A stretch of DNA of 64,000 nt from Candidatus Yanofskybacteria bacterium (GTDB lineage Bacteria > Patescibacteriota > Minisyncoccia > 2-02-FULL-40-12 > IGHO2-01-FULL-4-A), in the NCBI GenBank assembly GCA_016181175.1, contig JACOZV010000003.1:39773-103772 (forward strand). Reading direction: 5' to 3'. How positions within the stretch are numbered: the first letter of the stretch is position 1; the number at the start of each line of letters is the position of its first letter. Below are positions 48,302 to 58,038 of the stretch, piece after piece. The notes beneath the pieces were generated by a model, which had not been told where the DNA came from, ran no database searches, and worked only from the letters and a program-made list of their open reading frames with translations. The position numbers were made by a program, and so were the translations under genes.

Positions 48302-50080
48302 ATGATTAAGGATTTACTTAAAAATTTAGTCATCAAAACTTTGAAAAGCCAAAAAAATTGGCCGAGTTTTGATGTCTATGAAATTACAATAGAGAAACCG
48401 GCCAACCAACAGTTCGGGGACTATGCCACAAACATCGCATTCAGATTAGCCAAACAACTTGGCAAACCGCCGCAAGAAATAGCACAATTTTTAGCTGATG
48501 AAATTTCTAAAATCAAACCAGCCGAAATTGTCAAAGTTGAAGCTAACGACGGGTACGTTAACTTTTTCTTAAGCAGTGAGTTGCTCCGCCAATCACTGGC
48601 TGATATTTATAAAACTCGGGGATCTTTCGGCAAACTAAACATCGGCCGAAAACAGAAAATAATAGTTGAGTATTCCCAGCCCAATATCGCCAAGCAGATG
48701 CACATCGGCCACTTGCGGACAACTGTGCTCGGCGATGCCTTGGCTAACATTTATGAGATGCTGGGTTATAAGGTAATACGCTGGAACTACCTCGGCGACT
48801 GGGGCACACAATTCGGTAAACTAATCACTGCTTACAAACTCTGGAGTGTCCAACTTAGAGGCTCAGCCTCTAAGTACTTAGAGGCTGAGCCTCTAAGTAA
48901 TAAAAAACAGCTAACAATCAGGGTTTTGACAGAGCTTTACGTCAAATTTCACAAAGAATTAAAAGAGCATCCTGAGTTGGAACGCCAGGGACAGGAAGAA
49001 TTTGCAAAACTGGAAGCCAGTGATAAAGAAAACCACAAGCTGTGGGAATGGTTTCGCAAACTATCTATCAAAGAATTTGAGAATATTTATAAAACACTGG
49101 GAGTTAATTTTGATATTTGGCTCGGGGAAAGCAATTTTGAAAAAGACCTCAAGCCATTGGTTAACGATCTCCGCAAGCGGGAGATTGCCGAAATTGGCGA
49201 AGAAGGAGCAATTATTATAAAACTAGACCGATTTAACCTACCACCGGCGTTGATACAAAAAGCTGATGGGGCAAGTTTGTATCTCACACGTGACATCGCG
49301 ACTCTCAAGTACCGCTTAGCTAAATATAAACCGGCAAAACTTCTTTATGTCGTCGGCAATGAGCAATCTCTGCATTTTGAACAGCTTTTTATGATTGCAA
49401 AAGTCTTAGATTTAAACACATCCCAACTCCTTCATATAAAATTTGGCTTGGTACTCGGGGAGGACAAGAAAAAAATGTCCACGCGAGAAGGCGAGGCAAT
49501 CCCGCTTGAAGAAGTAGTTGAAAAAGCCATTAGCTTGGCCCGAGATATTGTAGAAAAAAAGAGTCCGAACATTGCCGAAAAAGAAAAATATCATATCGCT
49601 CAAACCGTTGCTCTTGGCGCACTTAAATACGAAATGCTCAAGGAGCACCGCAATAGCGATATCGTTTTCAGTTGGGACAAAATGCTAGATTTCAGCGGTA
49701 ACAGTGCACCATATTTGCAATACACTTATGCGCGATTATCAAGTATACTGCAAAAAGCCGGCTGGACTTGGAGGTTGAGCCTCCAAGGGAGGCTCAACCT
49801 CTCAAAACTCGGTGAAAAAACAGAGTTGGCCATCATGAAACATCTTTTGGATTTCCCCGAAGTCATCACCGATTCTGCTCGCACTAATCTGACCAATAAT
49901 CTTGCTCTCTATGTTTATGAACTTGCCAACTTGTCCAACCAATTTTATGAAACCTCACCAATTCTCAAAGACGACAATACCTCCCGCCGGAACGCCCGTC
50001 TCGTACTCATACAAACCACGGCCTCTGTTCTCAAATCCGGCCTTAATCTGTTGGGTATAGAAGTCCTAAATAAAATATAA
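48302..50080 (+). CDS. argS: arginine--tRNA ligase
   Basis: HIGHLRTTVLGDA (HIGH), KMSTREG (KMSK) and a C-terminal DALR anticodon-binding domain. It contains two in-frame palindromic repeat elements. Confidence 0.9.
   Translation: MIKDLLKNLVIKTLKSQKNWPSFDVYEITIEKPANQQFGDYATNIAFRLAKQLGKPPQEIAQFLADEISKIKPAEIVKVEANDGYVNFFLSSELLRQSLADIYKTRGSFGKLNIGRKQKIIVEYSQPNIAKQMHIGHLRTTVLGDALANIYEMLGYKVIRWNYLGDWGTQFGKLITAYKLWSVQLRGSASKYLEAEPLSNKKQLTIRVLTELYVKFHKELKEHPELERQGQEEFAKLEASDKENHKLWEWFRKLSIKEFENIYKTLGVNFDIWLGESNFEKDLKPLVNDLRKREIAEIGEEGAIIIKLDRFNLPPALIQKADGASLYLTRDIATLKYRLAKYKPAKLLYVVGNEQSLHFEQLFMIAKVLDLNTSQLLHIKFGLVLGEDKKKMSTREGEAIPLEEVVEKAISLARDIVEKKSPNIAEKEKYHIAQTVALGALKYEMLKEHRNSDIVFSWDKMLDFSGNSAPYLQYTYARLSSILQKAGWTWRLSLQGRLNLSKLGEKTELAIMKHLLDFPEVITDSARTNLTNNLALYVYELANLSNQFYETSPILKDDNTSRRNARLVLIQTTASVLKSGLNLLGIEVLNKI
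48854..48899. repeat. 46-bp tandem duplication of a 23-nt self-palindromic unit (cttagaggctSagcctctaagta x2) inside argS, translated in two different frames
   Basis: Read directly from the sequence. The unit cttagaggctcagcctctaag is its own reverse complement apart from the central base. It encodes LRGSASKYLEAEPLSN. Confidence 0.75.
49771..49801. repeat. 14-bp-arm inverted repeat (gaggttgagcctcc-aag-ggaggctcaacctc) inside argS
   Basis: Exact inverted repeat encoding WRLSLQGRLNLS. It shares a gagcctc core with the 48854 element. Confidence 0.7.
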
Positions 50081-50117
50081 TTGAATAAATATCGATTTTT
50101 CGCTATAATTTTTACTA

Positions 50118-53100
50118 ATGGCCGATTTTGATTTCCCCAAAGTAGAGGAAAAAATCCTCCATTTTTGGAAAGATCGGAAAATTTTTGAGAGATCTCTTGA
50201 AAACCGCGAACACGCGCGGCGGTTTGTTTTTTTTGAAGGGCCGCCGACAGCCAACGGCAAACCGGGCATACACCATTTCCTCGGCCGCATATTGAAAGAT
50301 CTTTTTGTCCGCTACAAAACTATGCGGGGTTACCTGGTTGCACGCAAAGCTGGCTGGGATACACACGGCTTACCGGTTGAAATTGAGGTAGAAAAAGAAC
50401 TTGAATTAAAAGATAAAAAAGAAATAGAAAAATACGGCATAGCCAAATTCAACGCAAAAGCCAAACAAAGTGTCTGGAAATATAAAGATGAATGGGAAAG
50501 ATTTACTCACCGCATTGGTTTCTGGTTAAACATGGGCGAGCCTTATATAACTTATGATTGGAAATACATGGAATCGCTTTGGTGGATCATCTCACAAATA
50601 GACAAACGTAAACTTCTCTATCAAGGTCACAAGATCCTTCCATGGTGTCCTCGCTGTGGTACTGCATTATCAAGCCATGAAGTCGCGCAGGGCTATGAAG
50701 ACGTAACCGAAACCTCGGTCTATGTTAAATTCAAACTCAAAAACCCGGAAAAAATTTTACCAGTTACCAGTGACCGGTTACCGGTTACCTACTTATTAGC
50801 TTGGACAACAACCCCATGGACACTTCCGGGTAATGTTGCCTTAGCCGTAGGAGAAAAAATCAAATATGCAATCGTACGAAAAGACAACGACTATTTATTG
50901 CTTGCCAAGGATTTAATTGAAAAAGTTGTACCCGATTCACAAATAATTCAAGAAATAAAAGGCAAAGATCTTGTTGGACTAGAATACAAACCGATTTTTA
51001 ATATTCCCGTCCTTCGACAAGGCTTCGGAGGACAAGCCTCATATAAAATTTATCCGGCCGATTTTGTCACCACAAAGGAAGGCACAGGCATTGTCCATAC
51101 AGCCGTAATGTACGGCGAGGATGACTATGAGTTGGGTAAAAAAATAGGCTTACCCAAACACCACACCGTTGATGAACAGGGTAAATTTACCAAAGAGGTA
51201 AAAGAATTCGCCGGTCAATACGTAAAAGATGCTGAAAAAGGAATAATAGAATATCTTGGTTCCCACGGACTACTTTTCAAAACGGAACAATTTACACACT
51301 CTTATCCGCATTGTTGGCGTTGCAACAATCCGCTTCTTTATTACGCAAAAGACTCCTGGTTTGTGGCAATGTCTAAACTCCGCAAACAACTTCTTAAAAA
51401 TAACAAAAAAATAAACTGGGTGCCTAACTATCTCAAGAACGGCCGTTTTGGCGAATTCTTAAAAGAAGCGAAAGACTGGGCTTTTTCACGCGAACGTTAT
51501 TGGGGAACGCCGTTGCCAATCTGGCAATGCCAAAATTGTAAAGAACAAAAAGTAATAGGCTCACTGGATGAATTAGAAAAACATAGATACCACGGCAAAA
51601 ATACATTTTTTGTTTTGCGTCATGGATTCAGCACTAAAAATGGCGCCCACGGACAAGACGCGATTACCGCCTCAAAACTTGAACATGACAAGTATGAACT
51701 AACGGACGATGGAATAGAACAGGTGCAAAAAACAGCTGATGAGCTTCTCGCAAGCGGGGGAGTAGATGTTATTTTCTCATCCCCGTTCTTAAGAACACGG
51801 CAATCAGCTGAACTCGTTGCCAAAAAGCTAGGCATGAAAGTAACGATAGATGCCAGGCTAAAAGAACTGGATCACGGCACTGTTTGTGAGGGTCAAACAC
51901 ACATGGTTTGCGTTTCACCCGATACTATTTTGACATTTGACACCAAATACGGAGACGGCGAAAGCTGGCGAGATGTCAAAATCAGAATGGCCGAGATTAT
52001 CCGTGAACTTGACCAAAAATATGAAAATAAAAAAATCCTGCTCGTAAGCCACGGCGACCCGATTTGGATACTAGAAGGGTTTACCAAAAACTGGAACGAT
52101 GAAGAAATGCTAAACGGACGAGGCGGCATCTATCTTCGAGAGGGTCATATGAAAAAAATTGAGTTGAAAAATCTTCCATATAACAATCGGGCCGAACTTG
52201 ATATGCACCGGCCGTATGTTGACGAGATATCGCTTAAGTGTGAAAAATGCGGAAATAAAATGTCCCGGATTAAAGATATCGCCGATGTTTGGTTTGACTC
52301 CGGCTCAATGCCGTACGCGCAGTGGCATTATCCATTTGAAAACAAAAAACGTTTTGATGAAAATTTCCCTGCTGATTTCGTTGCCGAAGGTATAGATCAG
52401 ACTCGCGGCTGGTTCTACACATTGCTTGCCGTATCTACTTTGCTTGGCCTGGAAACTCCATATAAAAACGTTATTTCTTACAGCCACGTTCTGGATGAGA
52501 AAGGCAAAAAAATGTCTAAATCTACCGGCAATGTGGTGGATCCGCGGATTATTATAGAAAAATTCGGAGTAGATGCCGCGAGGTGGTATTTTTATACAGT
52601 AAACAATCCTGCTGATTCTAAATTGTTTTCCATAAATGACGTTGGCAAAAAACTTAACGGTTTCATTATGACGCTGATGAACTCTTTGAGGTTTTTTGAG
52701 TTATATGGCAAACCCAGCAACAAAAAACCCAAAGCAGTTCCAACGAACCAATTGGATTCTTGGATACTTTCTCGACTAAATACTACTGCGGGGATTGTCG
52801 CCAAGTCCATGGACGGTTACGATCCCACAACTGCCACCCGCGAAATGGAAAAGTTTGTAGTGGAAGACTTATCAAATTGGTGGATCCGTCGCTCGCGCCA
52901 GCGTTTTCAGAAACCAGAAAATAAAGAAGAGCTTAGCCATGCGGTAGAACTTTTGCGGCACCTTCTGGTGGAATTAAGCAAAATGCTGGCACCGTTTACA
53001 CCATTTCTTGCTGATCATATTTATAAAAAACTTGATAACCGCAAAGAATCAGTCCATTTGGAAGATTGGCCGAAAATAAAAAAGAAGCTCATCAATCATG

Positions 53101-53618
53101 AGCTTGAAACACAAATGGCCGAATTGCGCGAAACCGCAACGCAAGGCCTTGCCCAAAGAAAAGAACGGGGGATAAAAGTGCGCCAGCCGCTTGCCGGCAT
53201 CACGCTCAAGAAAGCCAATAAATTTGACCCCGGCTTGGAACAACTACTTTTAGATGAATTGAATGTTAAAAATGTACTCTACGAGACCGGCCAACAAGAT
53301 ACTATAAGTATAGACCACAAACTTACGCCCGATCTGTTAATGGAGGGCTATGCCCGAGAAATAATGCGTCAGATTCAGGATATGCGAAAAGAAGCCAAAT
53401 ATAAATTATATGAAAAAGTACATGCGGCTTGGGAAAGTCAAAATCAGGAAGTTATTGAAGCCTTAAAAAAACACGAAAAGGAAATAGCTGAAGACACACT
53501 GCTTTCGGAATTTAGTCGCGGACACGATCCAAAAAAAATTTTTGACGTTGAAAAAGAGTTTGAACTAGGACCACAAGCTAAAATTTGGTTAGGAGTCCAC
53601 GCTAAAAATAGGTTATGA
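50118..53618 (+). CDS. ileS: isoleucine--tRNA ligase (type 2-like) carrying an inserted histidine-phosphatase (PGAM-like) domain
   Basis: PPTANGKPGIHHFLGR (HIGH), editing-domain WTTTPWTLPGN and TGIVHTAVMYGEDD, KKMSKSTGN (KMSKS). Between the WQCQNCK zinc knuckle and DMHRPYVDEI lies about 200 aa with LRHGFSTKNG (RHGxxxxN), LTDDGIEQVQKTA, VIFSSPFLRTRQSA and LLVSHGDPI, the complete histidine-phosphatase motif set. Confidence 0.9.
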   Translation: MADFDFPKVEEKILHFWKDRKIFERSLENREHARRFVFFEGPPTANGKPGIHHFLGRILKDLFVRYKTMRGYLVARKAGWDTHGLPVEIEVEKELELKDKKEIEKYGIAKFNAKAKQSVWKYKDEWERFTHRIGFWLNMGEPYITYDWKYMESLWWIISQIDKRKLLYQGHKILPWCPRCGTALSSHEVAQGYEDVTETSVYVKFKLKNPEKILPVTSDRLPVTYLLAWTTTPWTLPGNVALAVGEKIKYAIVRKDNDYLLLAKDLIEKVVPDSQIIQEIKGKDLVGLEYKPIFNIPVLRQGFGGQASYKIYPADFVTTKEGTGIVHTAVMYGEDDYELGKKIGLPKHHTVDEQGKFTKEVKEFAGQYVKDAEKGIIEYLGSHGLLFKTEQFTHSYPHCWRCNNPLLYYAKDSWFVAMSKLRKQLLKNNKKINWVPNYLKNGRFGEFLKEAKDWAFSRERYWGTPLPIWQCQNCKEQKVIGSLDELEKHRYHGKNTFFVLRHGFSTKNGAHGQDAITASKLEHDKYELTDDGIEQVQKTADELLASGGVDVIFSSPFLRTRQSAELVAKKLGMKVTIDARLKELDHGTVCEGQTHMVCVSPDTILTFDTKYGDGESWRDVKIRMAEIIRELDQKYENKKILLVSHGDPIWILEGFTKNWNDEEMLNGRGGIYLREGHMKKIELKNLPYNNRAELDMHRPYVDEISLKCEKCGNKMSRIKDIADVWFDSGSMPYAQWHYPFENKKRFDENFPADFVAEGIDQTRGWFYTLLAVSTLLGLETPYKNVISYSHVLDEKGKKMSKSTGNVVDPRIIIEKFGVDAARWYFYTVNNPADSKLFSINDVGKKLNGFIMTLMNSLRFFELYGKPSNKKPKAVPTNQLDSWILSRLNTTAGIVAKSMDGYDPTTATREMEKFVVEDLSNWWIRRSRQRFQKPENKEELSHAVELLRHLLVELSKMLAPFTPFLADHIYKKLDNRKESVHLEDWPKIKKKLINHELETQMAELRETATQGLAQRKERGIKVRQPLAGITLKKANKFDPGLEQLLLDELNVKNVLYETGQQDTISIDHKLTPDLLMEGYAREIMRQIQDMRKEAKYKLYEKVHAAWESQNQEVIEALKKHEKEIAEDTLLSEFSRGHDPKKIFDVEKEFELGPQAKIWLGVHAKNRL

Positions 53619-54112
53619 TTATATCCGATTTTGTTTTTCATAATTTAACTACTGACAGGAAATACAACGGCGGTTTTTTTGAGAAGATCGTAGAATTTGC
53701 CGCAAAAGAGTTGGATTTGGAATCCAAAAAATTTGAACTGTCCTTAAGTCTGGTGGGTGAGGGCAGGATTAAGGCGCTGAACAAAAAATATCGCGGCAAA
53801 AACAAGACAACCGATGTTTTATCATTCCCGTTGATGGAACGTGGCCCCATCAGAAGTCGCGCCGGCCAAGAGCTGATTACTTCTAACGGAGTAAATGATA
53901 TAATAAGCTTGGGTGACATATTTATTTGTTTGCCAGTAGCAAAGAAAAATGCCGCTCGTGAAAAAGTGAGTTTGGATTATATCATGTCTTTTTTAACAAT
54001 TCACGGATTTATGCATTTGCTCGGATATGACCACGAAAAATCAGCCATAGAAAAAGACAAAATGTTTACATTGCAAGATAAAATACTAAAGCGACTAGCA
54101 ACTAGCGACTAG
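53615..54112 (+). CDS. ybeY: endoribonuclease YbeY (rRNA maturation factor)
   Basis: HGFMHLLGYDH zinc-binding motif (H3xH5xH). Confidence 0.85.
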   Translation: MIISDFVFHNLTTDRKYNGGFFEKIVEFAAKELDLESKKFELSLSLVGEGRIKALNKKYRGKNKTTDVLSFPLMERGPIRSRAGQELITSNGVNDIISLGDIFICLPVAKKNAAREKVSLDYIMSFLTIHGFMHLLGYDHEKSAIEKDKMFTLQDKILKRLATSD

Positions 54113-54164
54113 ATGAAGAATAAGATAATTTTTCACTAGCCACTAACCACTAGCCACTAGTTAT

Positions 54165-55403
54165 TTGCGTCAACAAATAATCACCGGCATAGACATAGGC
54201 AATCACACCATTAAAACGGTAATCGCGGAATTGGATCGCGAAACTTTGCATCCCCAAATAATCGGCGTTGGCAACACTCCTTCTAGCGGCCTGCGCAAGG
54301 GAATGGTTTTTGACATGGAGGAGACCATAAATAATATAAGGGAATCTGTGGGCGTGGCTCAAACAATGGCTGGTGTGAAAGTTGGCAGGGCTTACGTTTC
54401 TGCTAACGGTCTTCATATCCACACCCAGCCTTCGCGCGGAGTAATAGTGGTTTCGCGAGCCGACAATGAAATAACCCAGAATGATATTGATCGCGTTATT
54501 GATGCTGCTTCTACAATAAATCTCCCCCCTAATAGGGAAATAATCCATACTATCCCCAAGAATTTTACAATAGATGCCCAAGAACATGTTAAAAATCCTT
54601 TGGGCATGAAAGGTGTACGCCTAGAAGCAGATGTCTTGTTGGTAGAGGGCCTGTCGCCATATATTCGCAACCTCGCCAAATGTGTAAACGCTAACGATAT
54701 AGAAGTAACGGAGTTTGTTTTTGCACCACTGGCAGCTTCAAAAGCAGTACTTGATAAGCACCAACGCGAACATGGAGTATTAAGCATAGACTTTGGCGGG
54801 GGAGTTTCTTCAGTCACACTTTTTCATGAAGGAGATTTGATTCATACGGCAATATTGCCTATTGGTTCAAGACATATCACCAACGATTTGGCTGTCGCCT
54901 TTCGTACCTCTATGGACAAGGCGGAGGAAATCAAGTGCCAGCACGGTCTTATCGGCACAGAACAAAATAGTAAAAAAGATAAAATTGATTTATCAGAACT
55001 TTTAGGGGAAACTGATTTCATAGTTCCGCGCACCCAAATAGCAAAAATAATTGATTCGCGAGTGGCTGAACTTTTTGATTTAATATCTGACGAAATGAAA
55101 AAACTACAGCGGGGCTATCTTTTACCGGCTGGCGTAGTTTTGGCTGGCGGTGGAGCTAATCTAACTGGTCTGCCTGATTTTACTAAAAATCGCCTCAAAT
55201 TAGCCGTACGAGTAAGCGATAACTACTTACTAGAAGGACTCACTGATCAGGTGGCTGATCCGGCTTTTGCGGTTGCGACAGGCTTGGTGCTTTGGGGTCT
55301 TGAAAAAGAATTTTCAGGCGGCAAGCTGACATTATCCAGCAGATTTTCTTATACCGATACTGTTTCAAAAATAACCAGATGGTTTAAAAATTTTCTACCT
55401 TAG
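54165..55403 (+). CDS. ftsA: cell division protein FtsA
   Basis: Actin-like ATPase motifs (ITGIDIGNHTIKTVIAE, GVVLAGGGANL) and ftsA-ftsZ synteny. The probable start codon is TTG. Confidence 0.9.
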   Translation: MRQQIITGIDIGNHTIKTVIAELDRETLHPQIIGVGNTPSSGLRKGMVFDMEETINNIRESVGVAQTMAGVKVGRAYVSANGLHIHTQPSRGVIVVSRADNEITQNDIDRVIDAASTINLPPNREIIHTIPKNFTIDAQEHVKNPLGMKGVRLEADVLLVEGLSPYIRNLAKCVNANDIEVTEFVFAPLAASKAVLDKHQREHGVLSIDFGGGVSSVTLFHEGDLIHTAILPIGSRHITNDLAVAFRTSMDKAEEIKCQHGLIGTEQNSKKDKIDLSELLGETDFIVPRTQIAKIIDSRVAELFDLISDEMKKLQRGYLLPAGVVLAGGGANLTGLPDFTKNRLKLAVRVSDNYLLEGLTDQVADPAFAVATGLVLWGLEKEFSGGKLTLSSRFSYTDTVSKITRWFKNFLP

Positions 55404-55581
55404 TTATTTGGGTTTTTATTGTATAGTAAGTTATCCACAGACTAGAAACAGGTGTGTATATTGCACACCTTTTACTTTTATGCTAAACCCAACCTAGTAG
55501 TTACGCGATTATTTTACGTTAATTAGCTTTGTGTTTTTGGCTTTTTTAAGATGTCAGCTAAAAGTTATTTAGATACTAATT

Positions 55582-56721
55582 ATGGCACAACTCAAACCTC
55601 CATTTGAAACATTCGCCCGCATTAAAGTAGTTGGAGTCGGTGGCGGAGGAAATAAGGCAATACAAAGGATGATGATGACAAAAATACACGGCGTAGAATT
55701 TGTTGCCGTGAATTTGGATGCCCAAGATCTTAATATCGCAAATGCTCCAACAAAAATTTTAATAGGTAAAAATCTTACACGCGGATTGGGAGCCGGTATG
55801 AATCCGGAAATTGGCAGACAAGCAGCTAGCGAAAGCAAGGATGAGATACAGGATGCGCTCAAGGGTTCTGATATGGTATTTATCTGCGGCGGCCTCGGTG
55901 GGGGAACCTGCTCCGGAGCTTCACCAGTGATCGCCGAAATAGCCAGAGATGTTGGCGCTCTTACTGTCGGCGTTGTAACTAAGCCGTTTTCTTTTGAGGG
56001 AGCCGCCAGGTCACGCATTGCAGAAGACGCTTGGAATCTTTTAAGAGAAAATGTTGATGCTTTGATAACCATACCTAATGACCGGTTGCTTTCTATAATT
56101 GACCGCAAAACCCCCCTACTTGAAGCTTTTGCAAAAGTAGATGACGTTTTAAGACAAGGTGTCCAGGGAATATCTGACTTAATTACTATTCCCGGCTTGA
56201 TAAATGTAGACTTCGCCGATGTTAAGGCGGTAATGGCAAATTCAGGTTCCGCCTTGATGGGTATAGGCTACGCCAGCGGAGAAGACCGGGCCATAGACGC
56301 CGCCAAAACCGCCATAAGCTCACCCCTACTAGAAGTTTCCATAGACGGGGCTCGTGGAGTACTTTTCAACATATCTGGCGGCACTGACTTGGCAATGGCA
56401 GAAATTAACGAAGCGGCTAAAATCATAACCGATAAAATTGACACTGATGCAAAGGTGATATTTGGAGCAGTACAAGACGATAAATTGAAAAAGGGCGAGA
56501 TAAAAATCACCGTTATAGCGACTGGTTTTAATAATGGTATGCCCAAGCCCGCCCCTAGACTACAAGCTAGCCCAACACTTTTTGAAGAAGCAACGGGTAA
56601 TGGGCAGGTAAAAAATGGCGGCATTTCACAATCAAACGGACAAATTAAAGAAGTTATAGATGCAACGCTAGATGACACGGAATTCGATATCCCGGCATTT
56701 ATTAGGAGAAAAATGAAGTAG
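55582..56721 (+). CDS. ftsZ: cell division GTPase FtsZ
   Basis: GVGGGGNKAI and the tubulin signature GGLGGGTCSGASPVIAEIA. Followed by a terminator (aaaaacccg-ccgacaaga-cgggttttt). Confidence 0.95.
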   Translation: MAQLKPPFETFARIKVVGVGGGGNKAIQRMMMTKIHGVEFVAVNLDAQDLNIANAPTKILIGKNLTRGLGAGMNPEIGRQAASESKDEIQDALKGSDMVFICGGLGGGTCSGASPVIAEIARDVGALTVGVVTKPFSFEGAARSRIAEDAWNLLRENVDALITIPNDRLLSIIDRKTPLLEAFAKVDDVLRQGVQGISDLITIPGLINVDFADVKAVMANSGSALMGIGYASGEDRAIDAAKTAISSPLLEVSIDGARGVLFNISGGTDLAMAEINEAAKIITDKIDTDAKVIFGAVQDDKLKKGEIKITVIATGFNNGMPKPAPRLQASPTLFEEATGNGQVKNGGISQSNGQIKEVIDATLDDTEFDIPAFIRRKMK

Positions 56722-56846
56722 CATTCTAAATTTTTGTGACCGTGAAAATAAAAACCCGCCGACAAGACGGGTTTTTATTTGACAAAAAAGTCACCTCGGA
56801 AGATTATATTATGATAGTAACGCAAGTTCATTAAAAAGGCACAGAT

Positions 56847-57461
56847 ATGCTCGAAAAGGAAGTAAGAGATATTTTGGCAGAAGAATTAATGGACAAAACA
56901 ACGCCAGAAGCGCTTATCATGTCTCAGGTTAGAATTGCATGGGAAATTATAAAAAAAATAACAAAATCAGCAATATCTGCCGAAACAGAAGAACTATTTA
57001 AAAATATTATATTAACCAAGAATCGTCTCGGTACATTTCTTGGCATCAAATCCAACTCCATAGTGAAAATGGAAAATGCCGTGCTCAAGGAGGTCCTCTC
57101 TTTCTACGAATTTTGGCTAAAAGTTTTAACTTTTCTATATGACAACTACGACGATATTAAATCTGAAGAATTCCGGAAAGGTTGGGACAAAGAATCAACC
57201 TTAGATAGCAAAAATGCACTGTCAAAAAAATACGAGGACTTACAGCATCAATTTACAACCCCCAAAACCCTACGCATTCACAGCCAAGATCTTTCTTTAA
57301 TAAACGCGACTCTTACCTGGGCATTGATAGCAATGTTTGGTTACGACTCATATACACAACTAACAAAAGAATTCAATGAAACCGAAGTTTTTTTAAAAAA
57401 ATACAGGGACGAGCTTATCCCAGCATATATCGAAAAGGGGGATAGTAATGAGACTGTTTAA
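56847..57461 (+). CDS. hypothetical protein (204 aa, soluble, helical)
   Basis: ORF with no recognisable motif. It overlaps the next ORF by 14 nt. Confidence 0.4.
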   Translation: MLEKEVRDILAEELMDKTTPEALIMSQVRIAWEIIKKITKSAISAETEELFKNIILTKNRLGTFLGIKSNSIVKMENAVLKEVLSFYEFWLKVLTFLYDNYDDIKSEEFRKGWDKESTLDSKNALSKKYEDLQHQFTTPKTLRIHSQDLSLINATLTWALIAMFGYDSYTQLTKEFNETEVFLKKYRDELIPAYIEKGDSNETV

Positions 57462-57810
57462 AAAAACGTCTAAATTAACAGATTTTGTAGAAGGTACTAT
57501 TTCCTTTGACCAGCTTGCTTGTTGTGCTCTTGCTAATGGATTTGCAAAAAATCCTATCGCGGCCGGACAGTTGAAAAAACTGGTACCAGAAAATCAGCTT
57601 AGATTATTTGAAAACATCTTACTCGATACAAAAGAAATGAAATTTATGCCATCAGAAGAAATGAAAATAGTGTATAATCAGATTGCTAGCATAGAGTTGG
57701 GACGTCTGGACAATTTATTTCAATCCGATTTACATTGTGAACATTCAATTGTTGAACACAAAAAAGCTCTCGAAGACGTAATTGAAAAAACTGCCACGCC
57801 TATTCAATAA
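57448..57810 (+). CDS. hypothetical protein (120 aa)
   Basis: ORF overlapping the preceding gene, with no recognisable motif. Confidence 0.4.
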   Translation: MRLFKKTSKLTDFVEGTISFDQLACCALANGFAKNPIAAGQLKKLVPENQLRLFENILLDTKEMKFMPSEEMKIVYNQIASIELGRLDNLFQSDLHCEHSIVEHKKALEDVIEKTATPIQ

Positions 57811-57862
57811 ACATAGGATTCTTATTACACAAAAAACACCAAGGCGGTGCTTTTATACTTTG

Positions 57863-57936
57863 TTGCGGGGGAGGGATTTGAACCCCCGATCTTCGGGTTA
57901 TGAGCCCGACGAGATAGACCACTTCTCCACCCCGCG
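57863..57936 (-). tRNA. initiator tRNA-fMet (anticodon CAT)
   Basis: The reverse complement reads cgcggggtggagaagtggtctatctcgtcgggctcataacccgaagatcgggggttcaaatccctcccccgca. C1 pairs opposite A72 (unpaired), and three consecutive G-C pairs sit in the anticodon stem (tcggg/cccga). It is near-identical in layout to E. coli tRNA-fMet. Confidence 0.85.
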
Positions 57937-58038
57937 ATATTATTTGGCCGTATTCGCAATTTAACACACGATAACGCTTTTTACAACTTTTTTTGCAACT
58001 AAATTTGCATGAATTTATTTTTTGCTTATAATAAGTTC

